The notes beneath the pieces were generated by a model. That model saw only the letters and a program-made list of their open reading frames with translations, did not search any database and was not told the DNA's origin. 64,000 nucleotides of DNA from Octopus sinensis (lineage: Eukaryota), in the NCBI RefSeq assembly GCF_006345805.1, contig NC_043013.1, forward strand, positions 50,964,001 to 51,028,000, written 5' to 3'. Shown here in pieces: positions 11,681 through 25,837 of the stretch. The number at the start of each line of letters is the position of its first letter. Position 1 is the stretch's first letter. A program made the position numbers and the translations under genes.

Positions 11681-12234
11681 GCCCTGATGCAGTACCAGGC
11701 AGTGGCTCTCATGGCTTCTGATCTTAACTGATTGGAAGTGTTATCATGTACATTGTTTTGTCTTGGTATAAAAGATGGGCTACAGCAAATATTCTGCTCA
11801 ATATCACAGATTTGCTTGTCAGTTGTTTGACCTTAACCAGTTGAGCATGTCCCTTAGTGGCTGACGATATGTGCATCTCTGATCACGAGCAGAAGTAGTG
11901 GGGGAGCATCATAGCCATGTGTTGAGAAGGATTCTTTGGGGTTTGAATAATTCACCTCTGGAAACATGGGTGTTTCGTTCAACATCCTTAAACAAGCCTT
12001 ATTCAGGGACCTTTTGAGCGGGATGGGTTACTCGATCTGAAGAAAATTCTAACTGGGCCCCACCTGCAAGGTCATGTGCTGTTTATCTTGATATGAGATC
12101 ACCATGTTGCGCACATATGGTTGTGATGCATGTGCCTGGTGTACCCTTATCAGACGGGTAGTCATGATGGGTATACTGGGCTTCGTATATTTTACCCCAG
12201 TGTCACTTCGATGGCATGCTCTGCTTGCTCACTC
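11680..12234 (+). mobile_element. Non-coding interspersed element embedded in an (AAT)n array
   Basis: (AAT)n on both sides. Its first ~70 nt recur inverted at 48786-48849, also next to (AAT)n. No long ORF. Confidence 0.6.
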
Positions 12235-12759
12235 AATAATAATAATAATAACATAATTAATAATAATATTTCACTGGTACTTAATTTATCCTGAAAAGAT
12301 GCAAGGCAAAGTCAACCTCGCCGGAATTTGAACTCAGAACGTAAAGACAGATGAAATACAGCTTAGCATTTTGTCCATCGTGCTAACAATTCTGCCAGCT
12401 CACTGCCTTAATAATAATAATAATAATATTAATAATAATAATGACGCCGACGCCGACGATTTCTACTCTAGACACAAGGCCCAAAATTTATGGGTGAGTG
12501 GGCCAGTCAATTAGATCGACTCTAGTACACAACTGGTACTTAATTTATTGACTCTGAAAGGATGAAAGGCAAAGTCAACCTCAGCAGAATTTGACCTCAG
12601 AACATAGCAGCAGACGAAATACCGCTAAGCATTTCACCCGGCACAGCAACGTTTCTACCAAATAATAATAATAATAATAATAGTAATTATAATAATAATA
12701 ATAATAATAATAACAACAACAACAGTAACTATCTACAATTTATTTTATTGGATTTTATG

Positions 12760-12807
<48 letters not shown>

Positions 12808-13230
12808 TAATAATACTAAGAAGAAGGAGGAGGAGAGAAATATTAACATCAACAATAATAATAATAATAATAATAAAATTAAGGAAATAAAAACAGACAA
12901 AAACAAAAAGAATTTAAAAACAATAAAAATGTAAAATCATGAAAAATAATATTGTCAGAGAGCAAAAAAAAGGCAGCAAGATTTAAACAGGAAAAAGCTC
13001 TGCATCTAATTCTGTTGACAGTTAAACCTCAAAGACTAAAGTCTCACCGTTCTTGAGTTGCCAATATCTTGATGTGTTGTCTATAAGTAAGTAACCGTAC
13101 CCTGGACACTGGAGCTGTTTATGAAATAAAGGGCCATTTGTTTATTGCACAGGGGATGGGGAAAGAAAACAACACCAAAAAAATGGCTTTCATTTAAAAA
13201 ACGACAAAAAAAAAACAGAAAGAAATTCAC

Positions 13231-13278
<48 letters not shown>

Positions 13279-13953
13279 CAAAACAAGGGATTTCCTGTTA
13301 TTAAGGGCTTAGTTCCCCACCCCCACCTTCCCCCTATATATTTCTCTTACCCTCTCTCTTTGTCTCCTCCTCCTCCTCCTACGTTCTCCCTCCTCCTCCT
13401 GTCTTTCTGCTTTGTTATCTCCCCTTTTTGTTTATAATGTTGTCTCTCACTTCTCTCCCTGTTTTCCTTTCTTTTCTCTCTCTTTCATCTTCATCTTCCT
13501 TGTTTGTTTTCCTTTCTCCTTCCTTCCTTTTCTCTCTTCTCTCCCTCCCTAATTTCTTTCTTGTTTTTCCCCCTCATCTTCTTCTCCTTTTCCCCTCCTC
13601 CTCCCCATTACCATCTAATAATACTGCTTTCCCTTTTTAACTATTTTCCCTCTTCTCTTTTATCCTCCTTCCCCTTTCCCTATCAATTCAGTATGACAAT
13701 GAGAGAGAGAGAGAGAGACAGAGAAAGACACATACAGAGAGAGAGAGAAAAAGAGAGACACATACAGATATATATATATATATAATGAGAGTGAGATAGA
13801 AAGAGAGGGACACATACAGAGAGAGAGAAAGATAGTGAGACATATATATATATATAGAGAGAGAGAGAGAAAGAGAGAGAGACATGTATATATATATATA
13901 GAGAGAGAGATAGAAAGAGAGGGACACAGAGAGAGAGAAAAAGTGAGTGAGAC

Positions 13954-14005
<52 letters not shown>

Positions 14006-14628
14006 GAAGACAGAAGTCACAACATAAAGACCTACGAGACACCACTAAGCATTTTGCCCAGCATGTTAACGATTCTGCCGGCTCGCCACCCTAAACACTT
14101 ACTACACAACCACACCTGCGCCTGTACAATGATTTCTTAATGCACTTTTTTTTTCTATTAATTCTCCATATTTTCCAACTGATTAAGGTGGGGATCTGTT
14201 GGCACACTGAGTGAAATGCTTAGCGGTATTTTCTCAGACTTTACAATCTGAGTTCAAATTTTACAGAGGTCGACTTTGTCTTTCATTCTTTCGGGGTTGA
14301 TAAAATAAGTACCGGGCTCAGTGTAATTCAATGTACCCTTTCCCCTGCAATTGCTGGCCTTGTGCCAAAATTTGAAACCAACTTTATGATGTGAGTTCAA
14401 GTGCCACCAGAGTCTACTTTGTCCTTCTCAGGCTCAATAAAATAAGTACCAGTTGAGCACTGTGGCCAATGTAATAGATTTCCCCTCCTCTACAAATTGC
14501 CGGCATTGTGCCAAAATTTGAAATCCTCATTAATATTATTATTATCATTATTATTATTATTATTATTTATGGCAGCAAGCTGGTAGACTCGTTACCATGC
14601 TGGGGTAAATGTTTAGTGGCATTTTGCC

Positions 14629-14684
<56 letters not shown>

Positions 14685-14852
14685 CATTATTATTATCATT
14701 ATGTGACACAATAACTACAATATAAGATTCTTGTCCATGATACCACACAGTATGATTTAACCCAGGGCCATGTGGTTGCAAAGCAGACGCCTTCACCATT
14801 CACCTGTGCCTATATATCTTTGATATTTACGATATCCTTTCTTTCTTTTTAG

Positions 14853-15111
14853 ATTTGCTTCTTTGACCACAGAAAACATGACCGAAGACGAACTCTCTCC
14901 GCCACAGAGTCACTACTCTCATATGAAGGCCTACAATAACTCGAAACTCTGTAACGTCCTCTTTTCTAATGAGCTCAACCGACGCCTCTTGCCATTAGGT
15001 GTCGCTACCAATGCCTTACATCCTGGAAATATGATGAGTTCTCAATTAGCAAGGAATTGGTGGTTCTATAAATTGATTTTTACCTTTGTCAGACCATTTA
15101 CAAAAAGCATG
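14853..15111 (+). CDS. WWOX: WWOX internal coding exon with catalytic YxxxK (equivalent to human exon 8)
   Basis: Polypyrimidine tract tttctttttag|A and donor ATG|gtaagt; 259 nt. FASLTTEN...[21 protein letters not shown]...LHPGNMM...[18 protein letters not shown]; YNNSK is the SDR catalytic motif. Confidence 0.95.
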
Positions 15112-15276
15112 GTAAGTTTCTGTTTTGTTATTTTTAGCAGTTAAGCCAGCCATATCCAACCAAAATATTTCTTCTTGTTTTAGGTTTAGACTACAATTTC
15201 ATTCTAAAAATTAAGTTTCCTCGCTAAAATCTCAAAGCTATATGACAATGAATGATGGATTCAAAACAATGTCAAG

Positions 15277-16048
15277 AAGAGCACTCAGAGAGTGCAAACC
15301 TCCGCCAAGGCAACCCCAACATCCTCTCAACGATTAGCTGGAGATGAATTCTAAAATGAGAATATCTGAAAGAAATTCGAATGTTCTCACAAATGAGAAT
15401 ACTAAAAAGGAACCTGGATGCTCTGAAAAATTAAGTAAAAAAAAATCAGGAAAAATAATCCAGAATCCTTGTTCAGTACCAGATCAATCCCAAATCTAAT
15501 CAGTTTGTGCCAGTCACGAGGCCAAACATCTCTGAAAGTTTCATTCAAATCCATCCAGCGACTCTTGAGATATCTTGTCCATGGACAAACAAACAAACAG
15601 GCAGAGGTATTGAAAGCAATACCTCTGCCTTCGCTAAGGCGGAGGTGAAAGGCAGAGGTGATACTAGTAATAACAAGTGCACTCAGAGAGCACAAACCTC
15701 CGCCAAGGCAACACCAACGTCCTCTCAATGATTAGCCAGAAATGATTTTTAAAATGAGAATATCTGAAATAAACTTGACTTTGCTCACAAACGAGAATAC
15801 TAAAAATGAACCCAACCGCTCTCAAAACTAAAAAAAAAAACAGGAAAAAAAACAGGAAAAATAATCCAGAATCCTTGTTCAGTGCCAGATCAATCCCAAA
15901 TCTAATCAGTTTGTGCCAGTCATAAGGCCTAACATCCCTGAAAGTTTGATCCGAATCTATCCAGTGGTTCTTGGGATATCTTGTCCACGGACAAACAAAC
16001 AAACATGACTGGAAACAATACCTCTGCCTTTATTACAGCGGAGGTAAT
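15277..16048 (+). repeat. Tandem pair of ~370-bp interspersed elements (SINE/LINE-tail-like)
   Basis: Units 15277-15646 and 15673-16048 both start AAG(A/T)GCACTCAGAGAG..CAAACCTCCGCCAAGG and end GCGGAGGT. An inverted third copy lies at about 25485-25836. Confidence 0.8.
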
Positions 16049-18335
16049 AAACAAGCACTACTTTTGACCAGGTAATCTGAATGTGAAAAAGTTAAAGTAA
16101 AGAAGCATGGCTCAGTGGTCAGAGCATCGGGCTCACAATCATGAAGTAGTGAGTTCGGGTATATTGTCTGTTTTTACGTTCTGAGTTCAAATTCTGCCGA
16201 GGTCGACTTTACCTTTTATCCTTTCAGGGTCAATACACTAAGTACCAGTTGCGTACTGGGGTCGATCTAATCGACTGGCCCCACTCCCCAAAAATTTTAG
16301 GCCTTGTGCCTAGAGTAGAAAAGAATCATGAAATAGTGAGTTCAATTCCTGGATCGGGCTGCATTGTGTTCTTGAGCAAGACACTTTATTTCACTTTGCT
16401 CCAGTTCACTCATCTATAGGAATGAGTTGCGACATCATTGGTGCCGAGCTGTATCGGCCTTTGCCTTTCCCTTGGATAACATTGGTAGCATGAAGAGGGG
16501 AGGCCCCTCCGGACTTGTGCCTCAGAGGGGAACTTTCTAGGTGCAATCCTATAGGCATTTATGACTGAAGGTGTGGGGAGGATCTTTAAAGAGTTAAGGT
16601 AGCAAGATGGCTGACTTTTTAGCACATCAGACAAATTGTTTAGTGGAATTTCTTACAGTTCCTTACATTCTGAGCTCAAATCCTGCTGGGGTCAAACTCA
16701 CCTTCCATTTTTTTAGGGTTGAAAATATAAGTTGAGCACTAAGGGGTCAGCATAAATGAATTTTCCTCCTCTAAAATTATTGGCCCTGTGCCTATGTTAG
16801 AAAAGATTATTTTATTTGGATTTTTAGAATTGACCATAGGGTGATGAAGAAGTTTCCTGGGCATGATATGATAAGCGGGGGCAGCGCTGTAAAATCGATA
16901 AGTGCTTCATTGACTGTCAGCGCTGAGAGCAGCTCCCTTTCTTGTTCCTCGAGGTTTATGATAATATGATAGATATTTACAGCGTCTGCGTTTATTAAGC
17001 TTATACACAAAGTCCGGATCTTCACTTGTGTCACAACGACCCAATATGATTGCAAGACTAAACACCACACCCAACTGCCACCCACGACCTCCTCCACCAC
17101 CACCACCACCACCGCTGCAACCACCACCACCACCACCATTTATATTTTAAAGATAAATCTGAAGAACACATGTGGTAAATGTTTGATGCCATCTGTAAAC
17201 CTTGGAGAAAAATTAGTCATAAAGAACGGATGTACAGTCTTCCAGAATATTCTTGAAGATATATTTTTTTTTTAATAATTTTTTTTTCAAACAATTCCAA
17301 AATCTTGTTACGACATCCCCTCCCCCACAAAATGTTTAGCGTTAGATTATCAAGTGTAAAGGAATGTCTATAAGCTGATAGTAGAAAGTCTTGGTGGTGT
17401 CTGGAATATTATTTGTTGCGTAAAGGAATATCTGTGACATTTAAGATGATTCTCAGGTGTCAGCCCTGAACTAAACACTTGTGAAACACGGATACACATG
17501 TGACCTTTCAAAACGTCCTTGGTGAGTGCTTGATGTCATCCTTAATTTAAACAAAGCTCTGTCAACAACAAAAGAATGTGTTGACTGTCAACTTTACCGT
17601 AAACATTCCAATTTATAACCATAACACACAGCTTTACTGAAGTTCAGGGTCGACTTTGGTTTCAGCTTTTGACGGCGAGTGGTGGGGAGAGGGAAAAAGG
17701 GAGTTCTGTTTGTGTAAGATTTTCATAGGCATTACTCAGGACCTTTGCAGGTTTTCCCAGTCCCCAGTGTTGTGAAGTCGGAGCGATTGAGGCTCGGAGA
17801 GAGGTCCTTCATTGAACTGTGACACTAAAAGAAAGGGTTTAAACAGGTGCTTAGTCATCATCGTCATCATCATTTAACGTCCGCTTTCCATGCTAGCATG
17901 GGTTGGACGATTTGACTGAGGGCTGGCAAACCAGATGGCAGCACCAGGTTTCAATCTTGATCTGGCAGAGTTTCTACAGCTGGATGCCCTTCCTAACGCC
18001 AACCACTCAGAGAGTGGATGTTAATGTGACTGGTACCTACAGGGAAGGGCTGTCAGGGTGTTGTTTTACCCAAAGGGAAAGATTTGATCAGATATTTACT
18101 AAGATCATTGAGATTGGTATTTGCAAGGAGGGTCTGCAGGGGAAGGTCCAAGGTCAATCTGTGTCAAGCGGCTTCACTCTGTGTGCTTTAGCAACATTAC
18201 TATTGCAACAGTCTGGATATTTATTGATCAGACCATGTAGATAGTGAAATAGCTGTGTATCTCCTCAAGAGCAAGAAACAGGTTCCTGTTCCTCACACAC
18301 TTCAAAATCTCAACACTAGCTATAAAGCTAGTACA

Positions 18336-18733
18336 CAGGAGTGGCTGTGGTAAGTAGCTTGCTAACCAACCACATGGTTCAGGGTTCAGTCCCACTGTGT
18401 GGCATCTTGGGCAAGTGTCTTCTGCTATAGCCCCGGGCTGACCAATGCCTTGTGAGTGGATTTGGTAGACGGAAACTGAAAGAAGCCTGTCGTATATATG
18501 TATATATATATAAGTGTGTGTGTATATGTTTGTGTGTCTGTGTTTGTCCCCCTAGCATTGCTTGACAACCGATGCTGGTGTGTTTACGTTCCCGTCACTT
18601 AGCGGTTTGGCAAAAGAGACCGATAGAATAAGTACTGGGCTTACAAAGAATAAGTCCCAGGTTCGATTTGCTCGACTAAAGGCGGTGCTCCAGCATGGCC
18701 GCAGTCAAATGACTGAAACAAGTAACAGAGTAA
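18336..18733 (+). mobile_element. SINE family A full-length copy
   Basis: Nearly identical to 26939-27343 and 58825-59241. Confidence 0.85.
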
Positions 18734-21039
18734 AGCTGTCTCTCTGCTTACTATACCTTCCCTTAGTGAAGGGGATGCTTAGTCTTTGCAAATTACATGG
18801 TGTCAGCTCTTGTGCTATTCATCATCATCACCATCATCGTTTTAACGTCCGCTTTCCATGCTGGCATGGGTTGAACGATTTGACTGAGGATTGGCAAGCT
18901 GGGAGGCTGCACCAGGCTCCAATCTGATCTGGCAATGTTTCTACTACTGGATGCCCTTCCTAATGCCAACCACTCCGAGAGTGTAGTGGGTGCATTTTAC
19001 GTGCCACCAGCATGGGAGCCAATCATGTGGCACTGACATTGACCATGCTCGAATGGTGCTCTTTACATTCCACTGGCACAGGAGCCTGTAAGGCAGCACT
19101 AGCATCAACCATGCTTGAATGGTGCTTTTTACGTGCCACTTGCATTGGCATTGGTCACACTCGAATGGTGCTTTTTATGTGCCACCAGCATGGGAACCAA
19201 TCAGGTGGCACTGGCATTGGCCACACTAGAATGGTGCTGTTTATGTGCCACCAGCATGGGTGCCACTCAGGTTGCACTGGCATCAGCCACAACAACAATT
19301 TCACTTAACTCAACAGGTCTTCTCAAGCACAGCATATTGCCTGACGATTGAAGGGTACTTTTAAACGGGCCAGTTATGCAACACTGACATCAACCACATC
19401 ATTGAAAATCCACCCATTACACTCTGTAACAGGTATACTTGAGGGTACATCTTGAAACATTTTTGCCGCCATCCTGTTTCCTTTCGAACAGAAGTAAAGC
19501 TGTGTATCCCCTTACAGTAAGATTCCTGATCCTGTTCCTCTATCATAGTTCAACCTTTCGTCATATTGTATAAAGTTGCCTCCATCTGTTCTACTCCCTC
19601 CTCAGTTGAGGGGTCTTTTGTTGTTGTTAAGCAACAAGACGGGTAAGGGTGATTAGGTGATGGTCTAGGGCTTACGGGTGGGAGACTCCAGACCTTGGGA
19701 AAAAAAGAAAACTTTGGTTGTCTTGTTGTAGTCGAGGGCTCTTCATTGACACCTAACACCACTGGGAGGTGGCCCTCGAAGTCGCTGGAAATGGAGATCT
19801 CCAGGTTCAAATTCTTGGACAGCTGAGGGGTCTTGTGAGGTACTTGGTGACCTCACTGGTGCCAGTGCCTTGTGAAAAGCTATCAGTACACTCTGTAAAG
19901 TGGCTGGTCTAAAGAAGGTCATCCAGCCATTGAAACCATCCCAAAATAGGTGTTGGAGCTTGGTGCAGTCCTCTGGCTTGCCAGTGTCTGTCCTCTCAAA
20001 CTGTCCAACCCATGCCAGCATGGAAAAACGGACAGTAAATGATAACAATTATATACACACACTTATGCATGCACACACACATGCACTTATGCATGCATGT
20101 ACACATACACACACACACACACACACATGACTGTCAAAGTAACAGCTACTTTTATGCTCAATGAATTAAATCAACAGATTAAATAACCTTATTAAATTGC
20201 AGGAAATAAACTTAACGACGTCTTTTAATTAATCTTGTTCTACTAAAAACACTAAAGGAAATAACAATGTAAAAACAAAACACACACAAAAAAAAAACAA
20301 ATATAATTTTAGAAAATAATCATCAAGACATGTTTATTATAATAAGCTTAATTAGGATTAGTATCAAATGTTAATTGGCACTAACTGTAAAGCCTGTCAT
20401 TAAATATATTTAATTATAAAATCAATCACTTCATTGCAATTAGTAAGTAGTACTCTTAAGGTTTTATTAATTACCCTGAGAAAGGCTGTGGGCTGGCAGA
20501 AGAATTAACGAATCAGGTAAAATGTTTGACATTTCTTCTGGGTTTTTTATGCTTTGAGTTCAAATTCCACCAAAGTTGACTTTATTTTATTAACCCCAGA
20601 TGGACTAAAAAAGCAAAGTACTTGTCAAGTACTGAGGTTGTTGTAACCAGCTTTCGTCTCCCCTCAAAATTGCTGGCCTGGTGCAAACATTTGAAATCAA
20701 AAATTACCATTAGAATAAGTTCATCATCATCATTGTTTAACATCCACTTTCCATGCTAGCATGGGTTTGACGGTTTGACTGAGGACTGGTGAACCAGATG
20801 GCTGCACCAGGTTCCAATCTGATCTGGCAGAGTTTCTACAGCTGGATGCCCTTTCTAACACCAACCACTCCGAGAGTGTAGTAGGTGCTTTTACGCGCCA
20901 CTGGCATGAGGGCCAGTTAGGTGGTACTGGCAATGGCCATTCTCGATAATAGTGTTTTTTATGTGCCACCTGCACAGGATCCAGTTGACTGTCATAATTA
21001 TTATAGGTGCATAATTATTATAGGTGCATAATTATTATA

Positions 21040-21422
21040 GCTGTGTGGTAAAGAAGTTTCTTTCCCCAACCACATGGTCCTGGGTTCAGTCTGACTGTGT
21101 GGGACCTTGGGCAAGTGTCTTCTACTATAGCTTCGGGCCAACCAATGTCTTATGAGTGGATTTGGTAGGTGGAAACTGAAAGAAGCCTGTTGTGTATCTT
21201 TGTGTCTTTTCGCTTCCTCTACAGTTTGACAACCAGTGTTGGTATTCTTTTACTTGTTTCAGTCATTTGATTGTGGCCATGCTGGAGCAGCGCCTTTACT
21301 TCAGTAAACCTAGAGCTTATTCGGTTGCTGTCTTTTGCTGAACCGCTAGATTACGGGGATGCAAACCCACCAACATCGGTTGTCATGTGATGGTGGGGAG
21401 ACATATGCAGGCACTCACACAA

Positions 21423-21463
<41 letters not shown>

Positions 21464-21790
21464 CGATGGGCTTCTCTCTGTTTCCATCTACCAAATCCAT
21501 TCACAAGGCTTTAGTTGGCCCAAGGCTACAGTAGAAGACACTTTCCCAAGGAGCCACACAGTGGGACTGAACCTGGAACCATGTGGTTGGGAAGCAAGAT
21601 TCTTACCACACAGCTACTCCTGTTTACATTCCTGTAACTTAGTGGTTCAGCAATAGAGACTGATAGAATAAGTACCAAGCTTTAAAAAAATAATTACTAG
21701 GGGTGTGGTGGGGTGATTCATTCAATCAAAACGTCTCCATGGTGGTGCTCCAGCATGGCTGCAGTCAAATGACTAGAACTAATATAAGAT
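21040..21790. mobile_element. SINE family A copy (+) interrupted by an inverted family A copy (about 21246-21620)
   Basis: The + copy breaks at accagtgttggt and resumes at tgtttacattcctgtaacttag; the intervening sequence is a complete minus-strand copy. Confidence 0.75.
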
Positions 21791-24769
21791 AAATGATTTT
21801 TCTTTTTCAAATAAGGAAGGGGACGATAAATATGTTGTATTTTCCTTAAGGGTTTTGAAACATAATTTTTAATTTAAACCCATTAATTGTAATCTAATCC
21901 TTGGTTTCTGAAAATGTACTTTGAATCTGGTTCAAGAAGGAAGCCCTTAAAAAAAAATTTATTTAGAGACTTTCCTTTATTTTCTTATTAATATGGGAAT
22001 TTACAGAATGTGGAATGGCATGTTTGGTAATCAAAGACTTTTACTCCAGTTAATATGCCACACAAGATGTTCCTGTTTGCCACCATTTATTGACAACATA
22101 TTTGCGGTAACATGTTGTGTGCTTTATCTGGTAAACCACACTCCGTACGCATTAACAGTCACATGTTAAACGCATACATACAGTCACACATTACGTATGC
22201 ACATGTACACACACACACATGCACTCTTCTATTTTGTACATTCGCTTTCTTCTCCTCATACACAGATTTTGGGAGCACATTGGCTTCCTTTAATCCATCT
22301 TCGACAAACTCATCGCAATGCTAAAATAACAGCCTAAGGATCTTCAAACACGCTTCCCAATGAGCTAAATGGTTTTCTCCTGCTGAAACTAGCAGAATAA
22401 ACAACATCCGGTTGATCCATGGGGAGGTATTTCAAGATTTGGAAGAGGGTAGCGATACATGCATGGAGCATAGCATGGATGTAGGGGAGTTAGAAGAACC
22501 CCGCTTCCCTTAGGAGGTATTTCAATAAGGCTGTGGATGTAGAGTAGATAAAACTGCATTGCACCATTAACTTACAAGAGATAGGAAACATATGATAAAA
22601 TTTTATGCGTTCCTGGGGTAATTTTTTTTTTTTTTTGAGTCCAAATAATTATTAAAAAAACTCTGAATCTTCTATTAATTTTTATTTCCAATTATATCTG
22701 GACCATTTCTTTATCAGATCAAGTTTTTTTTTATGAGGCATGTAATTTAATTTTCAAAGACCCAAATAATTATACATTTATTAAAATACCATTTAAAATA
22801 CAGATATGAAATTAAAAACAGTGGCTTGGTCTGGATTGCTGCTGTAATTTACCTCAGACATACACTAGTGCCCCTGTTGCCTTAGTAACACGTTTCCATG
22901 GTAGAAATACTCTGATGAAAATGCTGACCTTGTATGTTCTTTACGTTACCTAGTTTTCCAAGGGTAAAACGGTTCAAGAGTGCAAGCAATGTACCCTTGA
23001 TGATGTATTATTGCACCCTTATTACTTAGTAATATAAAGGTCACCAACTGTTTTAGAATATTTTTTTACATCTTGCGATTTTTCCAAAAGTTTGCTCAGA
23101 TTCTCTCGAAACTTTGCCAAATAGTTTTCTCAACTATATTCAACTCATCTTCAAACCTTTCTTCTCTTAACAATTTTTTGATCTGACATGGAGTACAAAA
23201 AGTTGAGTGCAGCCATCAGTTTCTATAAATATCAAAATCGTTGATGTGGCCGATGACAGTACCACCTGATTGGCACTCGTGCCAGTGGAACGTTAAAAGC
23301 ACATCTGAGCGTGATCGCTGCCAGGGCCATGGATTGGCTCTTGTGCCGGTGACATGTGAAAAGCACCATTCGAGTGTGATTGTTGCCAGTGTTGCTTTAC
23401 CAGCACATGTGCTGGTGGCTCATGAAAAACATTTGAGCGTGGTCATTGCCAGTGCTGCCAGACTGGCTCCTGTGCAGGTAGCATGTAAAAAACACCTTTT
23501 GAGCATGGTCGTTGCCAGAACTGCCTGACTGGCCCTCATGCTGGTGGCATGTAAAAGCACTCACTACACTCTCGGAGTGGTTGGCATAAGGAAGGGCATC
23601 CAGCTGTAGAAACTTTGCCAGATCAGATTGAGCCTGGTGCAGCTCTCTGGCTCACCAGTCCTCAGTCAAACCGTCCAACTCATGCTAACATGGAAAGTGG
23701 ACGTAAAATGATGATGATGATGATGATAAAATTAAATTCAGTATAAATTAAAGCCAATTAAATATGTATAGTTCAAATTAAATTGGAAGAACTGAAAAAC
23801 AACAAAGAAATCAAATCTATCGCAGTTTCTGTTGTGTGGTTTCTGTTCTGTTGAAGATATCTGGATTTGAAACTGGTATACATTTTCATTCTGTGGGTAG
23901 GTACCCCACTTCAAAATGAATGTAGTTTTTTGGGGTTTTTTTCTGTGTGTGTGAGGTGGGGTACCACAGGGCCTGAAACTAGTGAACTTTTTACTCTGAG
24001 GGTTGGTACACTAATGTGAAGCTTGTGTATCTTCATACCCCAGGATTTGAAATGAGTATCGTTTGTATTGTCTCGGTGAGTAACTGGATCTGAAACTGAC
24101 GTAGGTTTGCTTGTGTGAGCGGATGGGTACCTCAGAATTTGAAACCAGTATACTCTTTCTTGTGTGGGTGTGTACCTTAATTCAAAACTGCTGTAATTTC
24201 TATTCTGTAAATACAAATTTCCTTTGTGAGTAGAAGCAGATTTCAAAACAAAAAGAAAGCTTCAAAAGATTGCCCTAAATCTCACAACCTATCTCTCATC
24301 ATTTCTTCTTCCCTGAGTACCACCACTGTCATTTGAACTGTCTTCTCTCCCTCTAACATTCACTGATGTCTCATTAAAACAGATCTTGTCACTTCCTCAG
24401 TTCTTTGCCCTCACTCTAGTCTTTACTCCACATCTCTCTCTCTCTCCTTCCCTCATCCTTTCCACACCTACCCCAAACACACTTGAAGAAGCCCCTATCC
24501 AATTCAATATGTTCACACAGAATATTGTGTCATTTGTTGTTTTACAGTTTCTCATTTCATCTCCCCCCATCTCCATTACTATACATACTCTGTGATTATC
24601 ATCTTTATGGTACCCTGTCTATTTATCTGTCTGTCTGTCTGTCTCTGTCTCTCTCTGTCTCTCTCTCTCCCACCTGCCCAGTCTCTTCCTCTTCAACCTC
24701 ACTAGTGTCATTTTGCTATCATATAACCATCTGCTCCCTGTTATGTCAACAATATGTTACCTACTTACC

Positions 24770-24960
24770 ATCGTCACCATCACAACCAACATCACCGTTG
24801 CTCTCATCATCATTGTCATCACCCCTCCCCACCACCACCACCACCACCACTGTCATCATCACCATCATCACAGCTACTATCTCCACCATCATCATTACCT
24901 ACACCATCATCACTGCTATCATCACCATTGTCAACACCACCACCACCACCACAGCAGCAG
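24770..24960. repeat. Degenerate (CAT)n/(CAC)n trinucleotide repeat
   Basis: Directly visible. Confidence 0.85.
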
Positions 24961-25837
24961 TGAAGTGACTGCAATGGTCCAGCTCCCAAACAGCAGATAA
25001 TTTCACCTCTCTACATTCTGAGTTCAAATTCTACCTGAGCCGAAATTGCTTTCCTCTCCTCAATGGTTGATGAAATAAATTCTTGTCAATGTAAGGGAAC
25101 CTAATTCACTTCACTGTGTGCCCCCCCCCCTCCTCCATTGCGGATAAATTGATTGATCTAAAGTTAAATATTATTATTATTATTACCGTTATTAACAGAG
25201 GTGAACTGGCAGAATCGTTAGTGCACCAGACAAAATGCTTAACAGCGTTTTGTCCATCTTTACGTTCTCGGTTCAAATTAACCTGAGGTTGACTTTGCAT
25301 TTCATCCTTTTGGGGTTGATAAAATAAAGTACTAGCTGAGCTTTCAGGGTTGACAAAATAAGTACCAGTTGAGCACTGGAGTTGATGAAATTGGTTTAGC
25401 CTCTTCCCCTGAAACTTGTGGCCATGTACCATAATTTGAAACTATTATTATTATTATTATCATCATTATTATTATTATCATCATCATCTCCTCCTTAACG
25501 AAGGCTGTAGTATTGTTTTCAGTCATGTTTGTTTGTTTGTCCATGGACAAGATGTCTCAACAACCGGTGGATAGATTCAGATGAAACTTTCAGGGATGTT
25601 TGGCCTCATGACTGGCATGAACTGATTAGATTTTGGGATCAATCTAGTTCCGGACAAGGATACTGGATTATTTTTCTTGCTTTTTTTCTTAATTTTTAAG
25701 TAAAAATTGGGTTCATTCTTAGCATTCTCGTTTGTGAGAACAGTCAAGTTTATTTCAGATATTCTCATTTAAAAACATCGTTGAGAGGACGTTGGTGTTG
25801 CCTTGGCAGAAGTGTGTGCTCTCCGAGTGCTCTTGAG

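Noticed and set aside
19000-19290. Regularly spaced repeats resembling a CRISPR array
   Set aside because: Spacers are homologous to each other, the context is eukaryotic, and there are no cas genes; it is the tandem repeat of an RTE 3' UTR.
22270-22620. Protein-like minus-strand remnant (HLAHWEACLKILRLLF*HCDEFVEDGLKEAN)
   Set aside because: Contains a stop and matches no family I recognise; likely an old transposon fragment.
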